Positions 11,462-25,039 of a DNA stretch of 64,000 bases are shown in pieces. The number at the start of each line of letters is the position of its first letter. Positions within the stretch are counted from its first letter, which is position 1. A program made the position numbers and the translations under genes. The stretch covers positions 75,640,001-75,704,000 of the forward strand of contig OZ024745.1 in assembly GCA_964016885.1 (NCBI GenBank), written 5' to 3'. The notes below the pieces were generated by a model. That model saw only the letters and a program-made list of their open reading frames with translations. It searched no databases and was not told where the DNA came from. This stretch comes from Eledone cirrhosa. Lineage: Eukaryota.

Positions 11462-11698
11462 GTATAATATAATTGAATATAATAGAGAGATAAACACAGA
11501 TATATACATATATGTGTTCAAATCGTAAGGGACCAGATTCGCTAGGGTGAAAAGAATACTAACTATGAATAATAGGGTTTGACAGACTCAATTTAAAAGA
11601 ATAAATCAAGAAAATAAATACAAACTGGTCTCTTACGATTTGAACACATATATGTATATATCTGTGTTTATCTCTCTTTTATATTCAATTATATTATA
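11462..11698. repeat. Inverted repeat (~72-bp arms, ~90-bp spacer) in TA context
   Basis: gtgttcaaatcgtaagggaccag / ctggtctcttacgatttgaacac. Confidence 0.85.
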
Positions 11699-11819
11699 TA
11701 TATATATATATATATATATTCATTTTATTAAAGCTGAATAGTGAGTCTTGTTATTCTGGAGTTTCTCTTAATTATCACAGCGTCATCAGACTTTAATCAC
11801 ATACGGATATATATATATA

Positions 11820-12201
11820 TGAAAAATATGAAAACATGGCGTGCTGCGTGGTTGAAAATGGGTTACATATGAATAAATTTAGTCCTTCATCAGTGATCTT
11901 CCAGCCTTCATTGGTATTTCATCGCTTTAAAGACCATATACCTCCGATTGGTGCGAGCAACGGCTAAAGAAAGTCGTTGGGACACGTAAATAGGGGGAAC
12001 GAGCGAGACAGTAAACAAAGATGGTAATGCAACGAAAAGTGAGGAAGAAGGAGTCAAGTCCCTTAAATCGATGAACATAAGTTCTGTGAAATCGTGGACG
12101 AGAGAGAATAAAGACCATCAAACCTGGTCGAAATGTGAGTAAGGAAAGAATTTCGCACAGATCAAACGGGAGGAAGAAGGAGTCAAGTCCTTGAAATCGA
12201 T
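11820..12201. repeat. Dispersed repeat homologous to 44505-45172, with internal ~32-bp direct repeat
   Basis: Shared atgggttacatatg...agtccttc(a/g)tcagtga...ttggtatttcatcgcttta; gaggaagaaggagtcaagtcc at 12041 and 12170. Confidence 0.8.
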
Positions 12202-12234
12202 TATATATATATATATATATACATATATATATAC

Positions 12235-12271
<37 letters not shown>

Positions 12272-12461
12272 TGGAGTGTCTATGGTGCAATAATGGAATG
12301 CAGAGTTCGTATATTCAGGAAGAAAATATTCGACCGTGAGCTCCAATGGTTTCTGCTCGTGATTTCACTCAGACCTGTGTGTGTGTGCGCATGCGTCAAG
12401 CGTGCGTCACTATGTGTCCGTGTGTGTGTATGCATATGTGCATGTACCTTTCTTTCTCTCG

Positions 12462-12504
<43 letters not shown>

Positions 12505-13274
12505 TCTGCGTTTCTCTCTCTCTCACACACTCACACACACACTTTCTGAGTTTGTCTCTCTCTCTCTCACATACTCTTTCCCACTCTCTATTTCTCTCCC
12601 TCCCCCCCCCCCACCCCCACCCCTCTCTCTCTCTCTCTCTATTAATGTCCTTATTTCTATCACACTATCTCCCTCTCACTGTTTCTTCCCCACTCTCTCT
12701 CTCTCCTCTTCGCCTTTTTCTGTCACACTATTTAGCCTTTCTCTGTGTCTTTGTCCTTTCTCAAAATCCTATAGAAAAATGTCCTAGAATAAGCAAATAG
12801 AAGCAATACTCCATCAGAAGTAGTTTGAAGTGACCACAGAGATTGTGATACTGAATCGTTAGCGCGGGTAAATGCATGAACGGCAAGTATTAATGAACTG
12901 AGAATGATAGTGTTGTAAATATAATGGGTTTAAAGGTTGACAGCCACTTCAGATATCACGTTGAGCTGAGACGCGATAAAACACCATTCCTAATAGAACA
13001 GCTTCGACCTTCTTATAGCATCTAATTCCCTAGAAAGGACTAATCAATTCAGTTGAGTATATGTGTACACGTGTTTGTGTTTGTGTTACTGTGTGTGTGT
13101 TTGTGTGTGTTACTGAATGTGTTAGTGTATGTGTTAGTGAGTGTGTTAGTGTACGTGTATTTGTGTGTGTGTGTATGTTAGTGTGTGTGTGTGTGTTAGT
13201 GTGCGTGCGTGTTAGTGTGTGTGTGTGTTTGTGTTTGTGTGTTTGTGTGTTAGTGTGTGTGTATGTATGTAAAC

Positions 13275-13615
13275 GCAACATGGCCGAATTGTTAAGAATT
13301 TCTCTTCGCAAACATGAGGTTCTGAGTTCGATCCCATTATGTGACATATTGGGCAAGTGTTAATTACAATAGTCCCAGGTTAACCAAACCCAAATTAGGT
13401 TGACACAAAATCTTTGGGGCCCTACCGGACGGACAGTACTTGTAATTCAAAAGTTCCGACTTGTCACACAATGTATAACACACAATTTCCATGAAGAGTA
13501 CGTTAAGAGTGCAAGTGTATATGGAATACTCAGCTACTTACACGTTAATTTCACCAACATGTTGTTCCGGTGATCGAGCAACTGGAAAGTTCATCGTCGA
13601 AACAGGTGGAGTTCA
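13275..13615 (+). mobile_element. tRNA-derived SINE, family B (degraded)
   Basis: B-box gagttcgatccc; body cacgttaatttcac. Confidence 0.65.
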
Positions 13616-13815
13616 TTGATTCCATTCTATGTATATGTGGATGTATGTGCACGTTTGTATATTGTTTTGCTTGTTTCAGTCATTAAACTAAGACCAAGCT
13701 GGGGCAACGATTTTAGTTAATTATATACAGTAGTGTAATGTTAAGGAAACGCGTAGGAATTGCGTTCTACCAGCAAATATAGAGCTTATCTTCATTATTG
13801 TATTTTTGTTTTCAA

Positions 13816-13862
13816 TGCTCTGATGAGTCCTGACCCATGGTATGGATGAAACACTGTCAGCG
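13816..13862 (+). ncRNA. Minimal type I hammerhead ribozyme
   Basis: UGCU-CUGAUGA-GUCC...GGAU-GAAA-C-ACU-GUC^AGCG. Confidence 0.8.
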
Positions 13863-13899
13863 AATAAAAATTGATTGATGTTATATTGATTGATGTTAT

Positions 13900-14940
13900 A
13901 TTGATGAACATTACACTCAGGTATTTATTGCTATCATAGCATGAGTTTATTCTATTAACCTTATTCCTGGTTCTTTCTATTCTATTCCAAAATTTGCTCC
14001 TATACAAGGGGTAGGTCCCATTTGTATCATTATTTACCATTTTTTCCCATTTGGTTCTGGCTCCTCTATATACTCTGATTTTATCTCTCTGATTATAACG
14101 AGAGAACTGCATACGGTGGATGAAGTGTTGTATGTGTCTCTCTAGTTCTTTGGGGTTGCACATGCGGGACACATTTCTCATCACCCGTACCAAATCCGCA
14201 ATCAGTATGTTGATTTTGGTGTGATCCGAAACAGCTGAGTTTCGGTGGATCAGATATTTGGAAGTCATGGGTTTGGCATAATGAGAATGGAGGATTTTTT
14301 TTTTTTTGTTATTAATGGTTTCTAACCAGAGCTCTGTGTCTAGTACAGGTAATCGATGGTTGGGGTGTTTGCTTGGGTAGTCTATAGTAACTCTAATACT
14401 CTCGTGGATGGAGTTAGCTATTTTCTGGATGCTTTCTATGGTGTTTTTCTCTAATTCCTGACTGTTCTCTAGTGGGGGTGGTTTTACTACGATGTTTATA
14501 TCATTAACGTAGCGGGAGTACATTATCAGGGTTAAGAGGTTGCTGTCTTCTAATTGTTCTTTAAGTTTAAGTTTAAGTTTATTGTCCCACCATACCATGA
14601 ATAGGTTAGCTATGTCACCTGCAATGCTAACACCAATGGCTTCTCCCTCCTCTAGGGCATATGTTTTTCCATTAAATTTGAACATATGTTCCTTAAGGGT
14701 TAGTTTTATACTGGCCCCCACCGCATTTTCTTTAGTTCATCGTGGTTTTTGGGGGTCCGTATGGCTCTGGTCCACCCGTTCCATCTTTCTGTGTGGGTTT
14801 TCTTGGCCATTGAGGTAATGGTAGGTGGTCTGCCTCTTGCTGGTCTTGTAGAGCACCGGTTGCTAAGGTCATAAGGTCATGTGTATCTAGATAATCATTA
14901 CTATAGGTAAGTTTAAGTAGGAGTCCCAATCCGGGATTGA
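13900..14940 (-). pseudogene. PLE reverse transcriptase remnant (second family)
   Basis: FKFNGKTY..EGEAIGVSIAG..ANLFM..WD, SRYVNDI (YxDD decayed), LPVLDTELW, HYAKPM; stop at 14732; breaks off before the endonuclease. Confidence 0.85.
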
Positions 14941-14973
14941 AATATATACATATAAATACATATATATATATAC

Positions 14974-15072
<99 letters not shown>

Positions 15073-15119
15073 AACTTTATCGAGTCATCTCTGGATTTTA
15101 GTCTTTGTATTTATTGTTA

Positions 15120-15177
<58 letters not shown>

Positions 15178-15181
<4 letters not shown>

Positions 15182-15517
15182 AAAAAGAGATGAAATCGAA
15201 AATGCAACTTGAAGTCTTATTTTTTTTTTAAATATATATATTTATTTGGTTCCTTTACCGGTTTCGCAGTTCTTCTGCTTTTCAAAAGGTGAGTTGAGAT
15301 GGAGGGTCACAGATGTGAGAAAAACCACAGACCCTCCATCTCAACTCACCTTTTGAAAAGCAGAAGAACTGCGAAACCGGTAAAGGAACCAAATAAATAT
15401 ATATATTTTTTAAAAAAATAAGACTTCAGTTGCATTTTCGATTTCATCTCTTTTTCTTTATACTTCCACTCGTGTAGGACACCTCGGTTATTTTTCATTT
15501 TGTAAAAAAAACCTCAC

Positions 15518-15525
<8 letters not shown>
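15178..15525. mobile_element. Head-to-head palindromic pLTR-like remnant between (TA)n tracts
   Basis: Inverted arms ~15178-15310 and ~15328-15457; right arm extends further. Confidence 0.8.
15349..15386 (+). ncRNA. Hammerhead ribozyme with U3-A8 variant core
   Basis: CCUU-UUGAAAA-GCAG aagaa CUGC-GAAA-C-CG-GUA^AAGG; mirror copy 15252-15289 (-). Confidence 0.72.
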
Positions 15526-15548
<23 letters not shown>

Positions 15549-15967
15549 AAACAAAATTTGTTTTCGCTCCAACAATTGCATTTACGTATCAAGTATGTTA
15601 GAGCGAAAACAAATGTTTTCTTTAATTTTCGGCAAGACCCGCCGTAAAATCGGTCGGTATGCACATGAGGCTAATCAGCCGATGTATAGTTTAGTGAATA
15701 CTACATATTCTCAAGAATTCCAGTGTGTAGCAGAAAAGGGAGAAATACACAGTCTTGATAACCTCGAAACAATTGTAGGTTGTTTTCTCTCTACTCCGCT
15801 GGAACAAAAGGACGACGTCAGTCGTCTAAAACACGTGGTGTTATGAGGTTGTTTGCTTGCAAATGAATCGAATATTAATATTATTATTATTCACTCACGA
15901 ATGCACACTCACAGATACATACATATACATACACACGCAGTTATATGTATTTATATATATATTTGAA

Positions 15968-16083
15968 GGCGTGTGGCTGAGTGGTTAGGGAGTTGGATTC
16001 GCAATCGTAAGGTTGTGAGTTCGATTCCTGGACCAAGCGATGCGTTATGTCCTTGAGCAAGACACTTTATTTCACGTTGCTCC
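15968..16083 (+). mobile_element. tRNA-derived SINE head, family B
   Basis: A-box tggctgagtgg, B-box gagttcgattcc, then tgtccttgagcaagacact. Confidence 0.8.
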
Positions 16084-16189
16084 TTCTACCTGGAGTTGCG
16101 ACCGATAGATAGTATTAGCAATTGGAAAGACCAACGGAAACATTGTTCCTTCGGTCCGATTTGACGAAAGTCGATCGTTCCTATATATA

Positions 16190-16360
16190 TATTTAATATA
16201 GAAAAGGCTTCTACGGGACTAGAACTGTTTCATTCAGGAGAAAAGACTCCCGAATAAAACAGTTCTAGTCCTGTAGAAGCCTTTTCGATATTAAATATTT
16301 ATACTCTGCTTTGTATTGAGTACCTTACTTACTGTGGTTACCCCCGATTGAACCCGGAAT
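16190..16360. mobile_element. Palindromic pLTR-like remnant (family of 55552-55762, 60428-60562, 33690-33815)
   Basis: ggcttctacgggactagaactgtttcattc / gaataaaacagttctagtcctgtagaagcc. Confidence 0.75.
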
Positions 16361-16394
16361 AAATTTATTATTATTACTATATATATATATATAT

Positions 16395-16680
16395 CTAGGG
16401 CGGGTAAAAATTCCCGAGATCCATGGACGAGTTCTCTCCAGCGGTCTCTGTCCCTCATTATCGCTGTCATGTCCTGCGTCTCCAACAGATCAGTATCTCT
16501 CCTTCGGGCATCAACATACATTAACCTTGGTCTTCCTCTTCCAGTGTGTTCATGCAGGGGCTCCCACAGGAGCACTGAGTGCAGTGTCAACTCTGGATGT
16601 CGGTGAGCATGTCCAGCTAACCTGTCTCCTATGTGTTACTTTTGAGATGACTTTTGGGAGGCTCCCATACAGCTCTGAGT
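16395..16680 (-). mobile_element. RTE-clade LINE 3' end
   Basis: VLLWEPLHEHTGRGRPRLMYVD...MRDRDRWRELV, typical RTE C-terminus; TA-flanked. Confidence 0.8.
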
Positions 16681-16796
16681 ATATATATATATATATATAT
16701 GGAGTGTAACATGTAGTTACTGTTGGTTCACCCGTGTGACCACTCGATGCGTAGTTTCCAGTCTGTAAAGAGGTTTAGAACTAAGCAGAGTGTAAT

Positions 16797-17245
<449 letters not shown>

Positions 17246-17596
17246 TAATTTCTCGAGCAGGCTGTTCTGTTGTTCAAACAACTGAAACACTCATCGTCGG
17301 AACCGACCTAGGTCCAACAAAAAACACCACGCTACTTTAATATCAACGGAACTAATGATTGCAATAACATTCCAGAACATTTCGAAATTAAAATACAGGC
17401 AAAAAGAGGAAACTGCAGAAATTTCAATATGTTAAAAATTCAATTTTTAAAACTGGTGTATTTATACATTATTATTTCAAATTTCGTTAAAAATTAATAA
17501 AAATTTGGACATTTTAACCATGTTTTCTGTAATTTAAAATATAGCTTGAATTTTATTTTATCTGTATGATATATTGATTAGATCATCATTCTCTCC

Positions 17597-17668
<72 letters not shown>

Positions 17669-18060
17669 TCTGTCAGTCTCAGTCTCTCTCTCTCAATATA
17701 TATATATATAATGTAAATATATATAGAGAGAGAGAACTGAGAGATATATATACATACATATATATATATATATACAGAAAGAGAGAAGGGAGAAAGAAAG
17801 AAAAAGAGAGAGAGGTGTGAGGTGGGGACAAGCATTGAGAGGGAGATCATTCAGTTATTATTATTGTGTGTGTATGTGTGTGTGAATATGTGTATGTGTA
17901 TTGATATGTATCTATATATGTATATATGTATATATGTATAATAGTAATCGATCACTAAAATAATATTTGAAAAAGTCAGTTAAAGTACCCGCTGGAGACA
18001 GAAACATATCGACAGAGGCGATCAATTTTCGTTAGGACGACTACATTTTAAATTATATAC

Positions 18061-18570
18061 AAATTATATACGTATATGCACACACAAATTATATACGTAT
18101 ATGCACACCCAAATTATATACGTATATGCACACCCAAATTATATACGTATATGCACACACAAATTATATACGTATATGCACACACAAATTATATACGTAT
18201 ATGCACACACAAATTATATACGTATATGCACACACAAATTATATACGGATATGCACACCCAAATTATATACGTATATGCACACACAAATTATATACGTAT
18301 ATGCACACACAAATTATATACGTATATGCACACCCAAATTGTATACGTATATGCACACCCAAATTATATACGTATATGCACACCCAAATTGTATACGTAT
18401 ATGCACACCCAAATTGTATACGTATATGCACACCCAAATTGTATACGTATATGCACACCCAAATTGTATACGTATATGCACACCCAAATTGTATACGTAT
18501 ATGCACACCCAAATTATATACGTATATGCACACCCAAATTGTATACGTATATGCACACCCAAATTGTATA
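18061..18570. repeat. 25-bp tandem minisatellite, ~20 units
   Basis: Unit aaatt(a/g)tatacgtatatgcacac(a/c)c, no spacers. Confidence 0.97.
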
Positions 18571-18864
18571 TATATATAACCCACTAACACAATTAAAAAA
18601 ATCCGTTCACCCGTCGCTTCTGCTCCGCCGGTCGGAATGACCGCAATCTGTCTGCGGCCTTATTGCGTGCTCTGGAACCCCGGATTCACGACTGAGGGTC
18701 GAGCAAACCGAATATTAATAGTTATATTATAATATCATTTTTATTTTTCACTCACGAATATACATACATATATATATAGAGAGAGAGGGGGAGAGGGGGG
18801 GGGGGAGATGTGTGTGTGTATGCATGTATGTAAGCGTGTATGTGTTTGTGTACATGGAGGAGGG

Positions 18865-19169
18865 CACTCTGTCGGTTACGCCGACGAGTAATCCAATTGA
18901 TCCGAACAGCCAGCTCGTGAAATTAACGTGCTTGAGCATTTCCACAAACAGGCGTTCTCTTAACGTAGTTCTCAGGGAGATTCGGCGTAACACAGAATGT
19001 GACAAGGCTGGCCCTTCGAATTACAGGTACAACTCATTTTTGCCAGCTGAGTAAACTGGAGCAACAGGAAATAAAGTGTCTTGCTCAAGGACACAACGCG
19101 TCGCCGGGAACCGAATTCATGACTTTACGATCGTGAGCCGAATTCCTTAACACCAAAGCCACACGCCTT

Positions 19170-19170
<1 letters not shown>
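18865..19170 (-). mobile_element. tRNA-derived SINE, family B, near full length
   Basis: Reverse complement of the 7900 and 15968 copies. Confidence 0.82.
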
Positions 19171-19236
<66 letters not shown>

Positions 19237-19512
19237 CAATTAAGTCAAAACGAGGCGAAATTTGGTTTCGTTTCGTTATTTGTTGTTATATATATATATA
19301 TATGTATATATCATTTATTTTGTTTGACCTCTTTAGCTTGATTTGTTTTTTGGCTTAGGTGGTTAATGCCTTCTTAACCACTTTTTCAGTTTGTATGGCG
19401 TTTTAACATATTGTTTAGCTCGTTTTCTTAACTATTGGAGCGCTTGCCAGCATTTCTACGATTTTGCGTTTCGTTTCGCTTTTTCTACCAGCCGAAATAC
19501 GATTCTCGCTAA

Positions 19513-19562
<50 letters not shown>

Positions 19563-19678
19563 TCACAGAAGTGAACCTAAACATCGAGTGCTCTCTCGGG
19601 TGAACCTGCAGTAACTCCTAGTTACACCCCCTGGATATATATATATATATATATCAAATGATTCTATGGACATACTTT

Positions 19679-19719
<41 letters not shown>

Positions 19720-19723
<4 letters not shown>

Positions 19724-19940
19724 CAAAGGAATTGTGGTAAGGAACCAGATGGACCATAACGCACCAGAGTACTCAATACTTAGGGTAGTAGAGTGGGAAA
19801 TAGGAAAAAGTTTGACCCCGACGGAAAGAGCTCAAGCCGTTTCGACGGCTATTTCTGTCCAGAAATAGCCGTCGAAACGGCTTGAGCTCTGCCGTCGGAG
19901 TCATACTTTTTCCTATTTCCCACTCTACTACCCTAAGTAT

Positions 19941-19941
<1 letters not shown>
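19720..19941. mobile_element. Palindromic TA-inserted element (family also 39705-39897, 42795-42927, 61985-62185)
   Basis: Inverted arms centred ~19858; GAAA-CGGC-uugagcucu-GCCG-UC resembles hammerhead stem III and GUC site. Confidence 0.8.
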
Positions 19942-19978
<37 letters not shown>

Positions 19979-20472
19979 TATAAACATTTATTTTCAGATT
20001 TATTTCTATTAATGAATAGTAAAATAAACAGACAAACAAAATCTATCATATTGCTATATAGTTGTTCTATAGTAATCGAGAATCATTTATTAATTAATTA
20101 CAATAGTATCTGCCAAGATCAATCTTAAGTAGAACATTTACAAACATATATGAAATGTTTATTTAAAGTTTTCCTTTCATCAATCTTTATATCAGATCCG
20201 CAATAGCAAGATTTCGTTTACTAAGATTCTGTTTTTCATTTCACTGCGTTAATATTTATTTAAGTCCTCTAAAGAGAAATGCACTGGTAAAATGATTTAC
20301 TAATATTTTAACAACTTCATTATTATCAGCTTTACAATTAAACGTAATTAAAAAAAATATTTGTTTCATACATTCAAATATTTGATTTTCTTCTAAATAA
20401 TAACCATTAAACGAACATTTATTCTTTCCACTCTCTCTCTCTATATATATATATATATGTATGTATATACAC

Positions 20473-20543
<71 letters not shown>

Positions 20544-20548
20544 TACAC

Positions 20549-20593
<45 letters not shown>

Positions 20594-20626
20594 TATACAT
20601 ATATATATGTATATATACATATATAT

Positions 20627-20710
<84 letters not shown>

Positions 20711-22579
20711 AAGTGTATATGCACACTCTGACGTGTGTGTGTGTATAAAAGTTTGAAATTAATTCGTTGCTGTACAATATTTTGTTTGAATAAGTAGTTA
20801 GTTTCAATAGTTAATTTCAAGCCTCCGCAGTTAACTGCAAAATACATATTTGATTAACCAGTGATGTTCATAATCAAATATATAAACGGGGTTAAATTCT
20901 TCGCATTATGAACAAAATAGATGAGGATTGAGATAATTTAGAAGTGTGATGCGTAATGAGTGGGAATGACCAGCTAGCTCTGTTGAAGTAGCTAGAGGCC
21001 ATGTGTACCAAAGACGCATAAAGCGTTGAAAGAAACGAGATGGTGGAAAGCATTAGATTAAAGAGGAGACGTAGAAGTGTGTCAAACCAGTCGTTGACAG
21101 TATAGTGAATAAAAAGCATTGATAATTTGGAAGCATATGCCAAAATTGAATTGTAGAAAGGGCAAACGACATCCTTTTAAGTGTTACGGGGACGAAACTT
21201 CAGAATGCAAGCGATAAAAGTTTAATGCTTTCAGAGAGTCAGCCATCACCTTGTCAATATACGTCAAAGCAGTTAGAAACGTGACTTTGAAGAAAGACAT
21301 GTGGGCGGGGTCATTTAGCACTTAACACATCATAATAAAACGTTTAAAACTATCCAATCGTAGTCTGCTGTTTGCATCTATAATGTCCTCCATATGAGCT
21401 GTTTCTGTCGAGAAATGTATTTAAATACAAGAAATGTATTTTAAACACCAGAAATTTATTTATATATGAATGTTAAAATGAACAAGAATAAAGATCCATA
21501 GATAATTGGGTTATTTAATGATATATAAACTCAGAGATAATTTAACAGCATTGGAGGCTGTAATATATAAAACAATGTAAGCTCGAATATAAATAACGAA
21601 ACGAATGTAATTAGCTAATATTATGTTACTGTGAATGATAATATGATATAAAACTATCATAAAATCAAACATACTTCCATAAGATTTGCAATAAAGATTG
21701 GCATTATTATTATATAAGTAGATATTTTTCTTACTCATCCTTGTCTCCAAGACAACTATCGTGATAAGCAGGCTAACAAGTGACCTATTAGTACGGAGTA
21801 TAAAAACAGACAGACGTGTGGATAAATAGCTATAACAATAGCGTTATGGAGAAATACTATGATTATAGGAGTGAAAATGCCTTTACCATTGCATCGAATT
21901 ATCCCAAACCTAGTGAATAAAATTGGGTGGCCTAGATTGTGTGGAATCCTGTCGAATAGTTTGCACCTGAAATTCAAAGCTCTGACCTTGTCACATATTG
22001 TATTATGCTGAATCGGGAATACTTGACAACCTACACATTGATTTACGAGTCAGACGTTCAGTTGATCGAACAACTGAATGCTTATTGTTGAAACTGACGA
22101 AGGATTCATCATCCATGGTTTCAATATATAGGTATATCTTGGAATACATGTATAAAAGTATTCAAAATGAAACAGATTTTCAAAGTTGATGAAAATGTTC
22201 AAAGCTAACTAATGCTATATAAGAATGCCTTAAAAAATATTTAATAGTACTGCTATTTTCTGAAGGGGCATGGCTTAGTGTTAAGATCGTCTCTTTGATT
22301 CCTGGTAGTGGGTTGTGTCCTTGTGCAAAACTCTTTATTTCACATTGCTTCAGTTCACTCAGCTGGGAAAATGAGAAATTTATGTAATTAAAATGGCCAA
22401 TCTTGTCATATAATGCGCTACGCTGAAATTCACTGAGGACTACATTAGGGGTGCACGAGTCTATGAAATGTTTCAGCCGTTTGTGCGTTAATTTTCACGA
22501 GTAGGCTGTTACATTGTTTAGACAACTGGAACACTTGTCGGAATGGATGGAGGTCCAACACAATAACAACGCATATCCT

Positions 22580-23600
22580 TGTAGCTAACTTATGGCATAA
22601 GTTACGTCCCTTTGCGTTCTTATTTCAACTCCCGCCGAGGTTAGCTTTGCCTTTCGTCCTTACGGGGTCGATAAAATAAAGTACCAATAACGCTCTGCAA
22701 TCGACTTTCCCCTCCCCCAAAATTGTTGGCTTTGTGCCTAAATCAGGAACCATTATTCAGACCTGTCAACTCTCCCCGTCGGACGGGGAGATCTCCCACC
22801 CACTTTGAGGTTGGTGAGAGGTGTCTTCTCTTGTGAAAATGGGTATAGCTTTCATTATGTAAAATCTCCGCATTTTGCCTCATTTCTCACAGTTTGGGGG
22901 CACTTTTTTTTCATGGTATTCCTCGTTTGGGTTTTTAGAGGTTGGCAGGTCTGCATTATTAGAATTATTGGCGGTGGATTGGCAGTATCGGTAGAGAGTC
23001 GGACGCCATGTTTTCCAGCATAGTTACGTCCCTTTACGGTCTGAGTTCAAATCCCGTCGAGGTTAACTTTGTCTTTCATCCTTACGGGGTCGATAAAATA
23101 AAGTACCAGTAATGTACTGGGTAATTGCTGGCCTTGTGCCAAAAGTAGAAACAATTATTAGAATTATTGGTATAATCATCAAACGGGTAAGCTAGAGAAT
23201 TGTTAGAGCATCAGACAAAATCCTTTTCATTAGAACCTTTTACTTCCTGAGTTCAAATCTTCTCACTATGCTTCTCATTCTTCCAGTGATGATAAAACAA
23301 TGTACCAATCAAGTACTTTAGTGAGTTCAAATCCGGCCATCGTTGAATTTATCTCTTATTCTTTCAGGAGTAGATAAAATAAAGTATCTGTCAAGTACTG
23401 TAAATGATTTGTGCAGAATCGCTAGAGTGTTGGACGAATACTTTGTGATATTTGTTCCGATTTTGTATGTTCTCAGTTCAAATCCCGCTGAGGTCAACTT
23501 TCTGTTTCATCCTTCTGGGTTCGATAAATGAAATACCGGTCAAGTATTGGGTCAATATAACCCACTTTCCTTTCCTCCAAAATTGCTGGCCTTGAGCCAA
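22580..23600 (+). mobile_element. Head-to-tail cluster of SINE family A
   Basis: Repeated gagttcaaatcccgccgaggtt...ctttcatccttacggggtcgataaaataaagtaccag...ggccttgtgcc. Confidence 0.85.
22758..22953. mobile_element. MITE (hAT-like termini)
   Basis: TIR cagacctgtcaac / gttggcaggtctg; cattatt duplicated on both sides. Confidence 0.75.
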
Positions 23601-25039
23601 GCAAAAGTTTAAAAAATAAACATTATTATTACTCTATTACTCTATTACTTGTTCCAACCGAAAGGCTGATGCCATGCTGGGGCACCGCCATTGTTGTTTT
23701 TATTAGTTATATATTTGTTTTATTTTGGAGAGATACATTTTTATTTTGATATTTTTTTTATTGGACAGCCAAAAGTTTTGAGTTGTGAAAAATTTAGCCC
23801 AAATATTTTGTGACGTCAAACGACAGCTGTAATTTTGTATTCCATTTTTAAAGTAAGGTGCTAAAGTATGGAAAGATGGTCTTCAGTCTTCGGTTTTCAG
23901 TTTTCAGTCTTCATCTATAAGAGTTTCTTTGTTTCCATTTTCAATCATCTTTTGCTGACAAATAGACAAATAGATAAATATAAAGATAAATACATACATA
24001 AAATCATAAATATATAATACGTAAATAAATCAACGTGACAGCTTCTGTTGGCATAACCGTGATGAAGGGTGACATGGAAGGCGTCAAAGCAGCCAACAGC
24101 AGAGATAACGAACACATCAAACGGCGACGTTAGCAAGAGCAGCAGTAGCAACAGCAGCAATGACAGCAGCATCAACAGCAATGGAAGTACCAACCGAACA
24201 GCAGTTGCAACAGTAGCAGTAATAACAAAGACAGATAAGACCACGTGCAAGCAATAATTACTTCAATGCCTTGTGTGAAAAAATAATACCGTGGGCCCGC
24301 ATCTTACGCGGCCATTTGCTTTCCTACCCATCAAGCCACGTTATTCAAAATCCGTGTATGTTCAAGACATATATGTAAGAGTGACCCAGGAAGTTTAGAA
24401 AACTCAAAAAAAAAGAGAACACCAGTGGGAAGCAGAGTTCGGTATTTCCTCTTTTAGATTAGGTGTTGCAGTTTCATGTAAAATATTTTCCGATCACGTA
24501 TCTTCAAACCTAACTAAATCTAAGTAAGATGCCGTTCTATTGTATATACAAGGAAACAATATCATAATGGAGAAGGTAGGTTGCTTGAGCTCTTTTACGG
24601 GGAGTGGTCCTTATATGGAGGTACTACGGTATGGAGGATCGCAAAACTTAAGGGCATTGAATGAGGTCTTAGAGATTATTTTTAGTCCAAATGAGTGGCA
24701 GTGAATGAAGACTTGTCCCCCGGATCTAAAGTCACCATTTGGCTCTTGGCTGCTTTTAGCGAAATCCACTCTGTTTTCAAGTATTCGAACTTGCTTACTG
24801 CTTTTAGGATATCCAATGAGCCGAACACTCTTCTTCCATTTCCTCACAGCAGCCTCAGAAGACCTCTAAAAATATTATGGCCTCTAACAAGGATTATAAA
24901 AAGACAATATAAAATAGATACCTTCTTTAGACCTAAAAATACTGCATCTATTTTAAAAGTTAAAATATGGCCCAAGCCTAGAAGCTCATCAGGGTAGAGC
25001 TTAACTTGGTTTCATAGGCGATAGGCGACTGAGATTACA

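Noticed and set aside
11331-11521. N-terminal part of the 342-aa ORF
   Set aside because: Read-through across (TA)n into unrelated sequence; PLE homology starts at ~11330
11745-11797. Hammerhead candidate (CUGAUGA...GAAACUCCAGAAUA, minus strand)
   Set aside because: Stems I and II do not pair; possibly a decayed copy, not called
15968-16040. tRNA gene
   Set aside because: A and B boxes present but continues into a SINE body; no full cloverleaf
18061-18570. CRISPR-like periodic repeat
   Set aside because: Units are contiguous with no unique spacers, no cas genes, eukaryotic context
20892-21180. 83-aa ORF
   Set aside because: At best a highly decayed LINE fragment; cannot be supported as a gene
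24069-24257. Ser/Asn/Thr-rich ORF as host exon
   Set aside because: Low-complexity (CAG/CAA)-like sequence with GTG start and no recognisable domain
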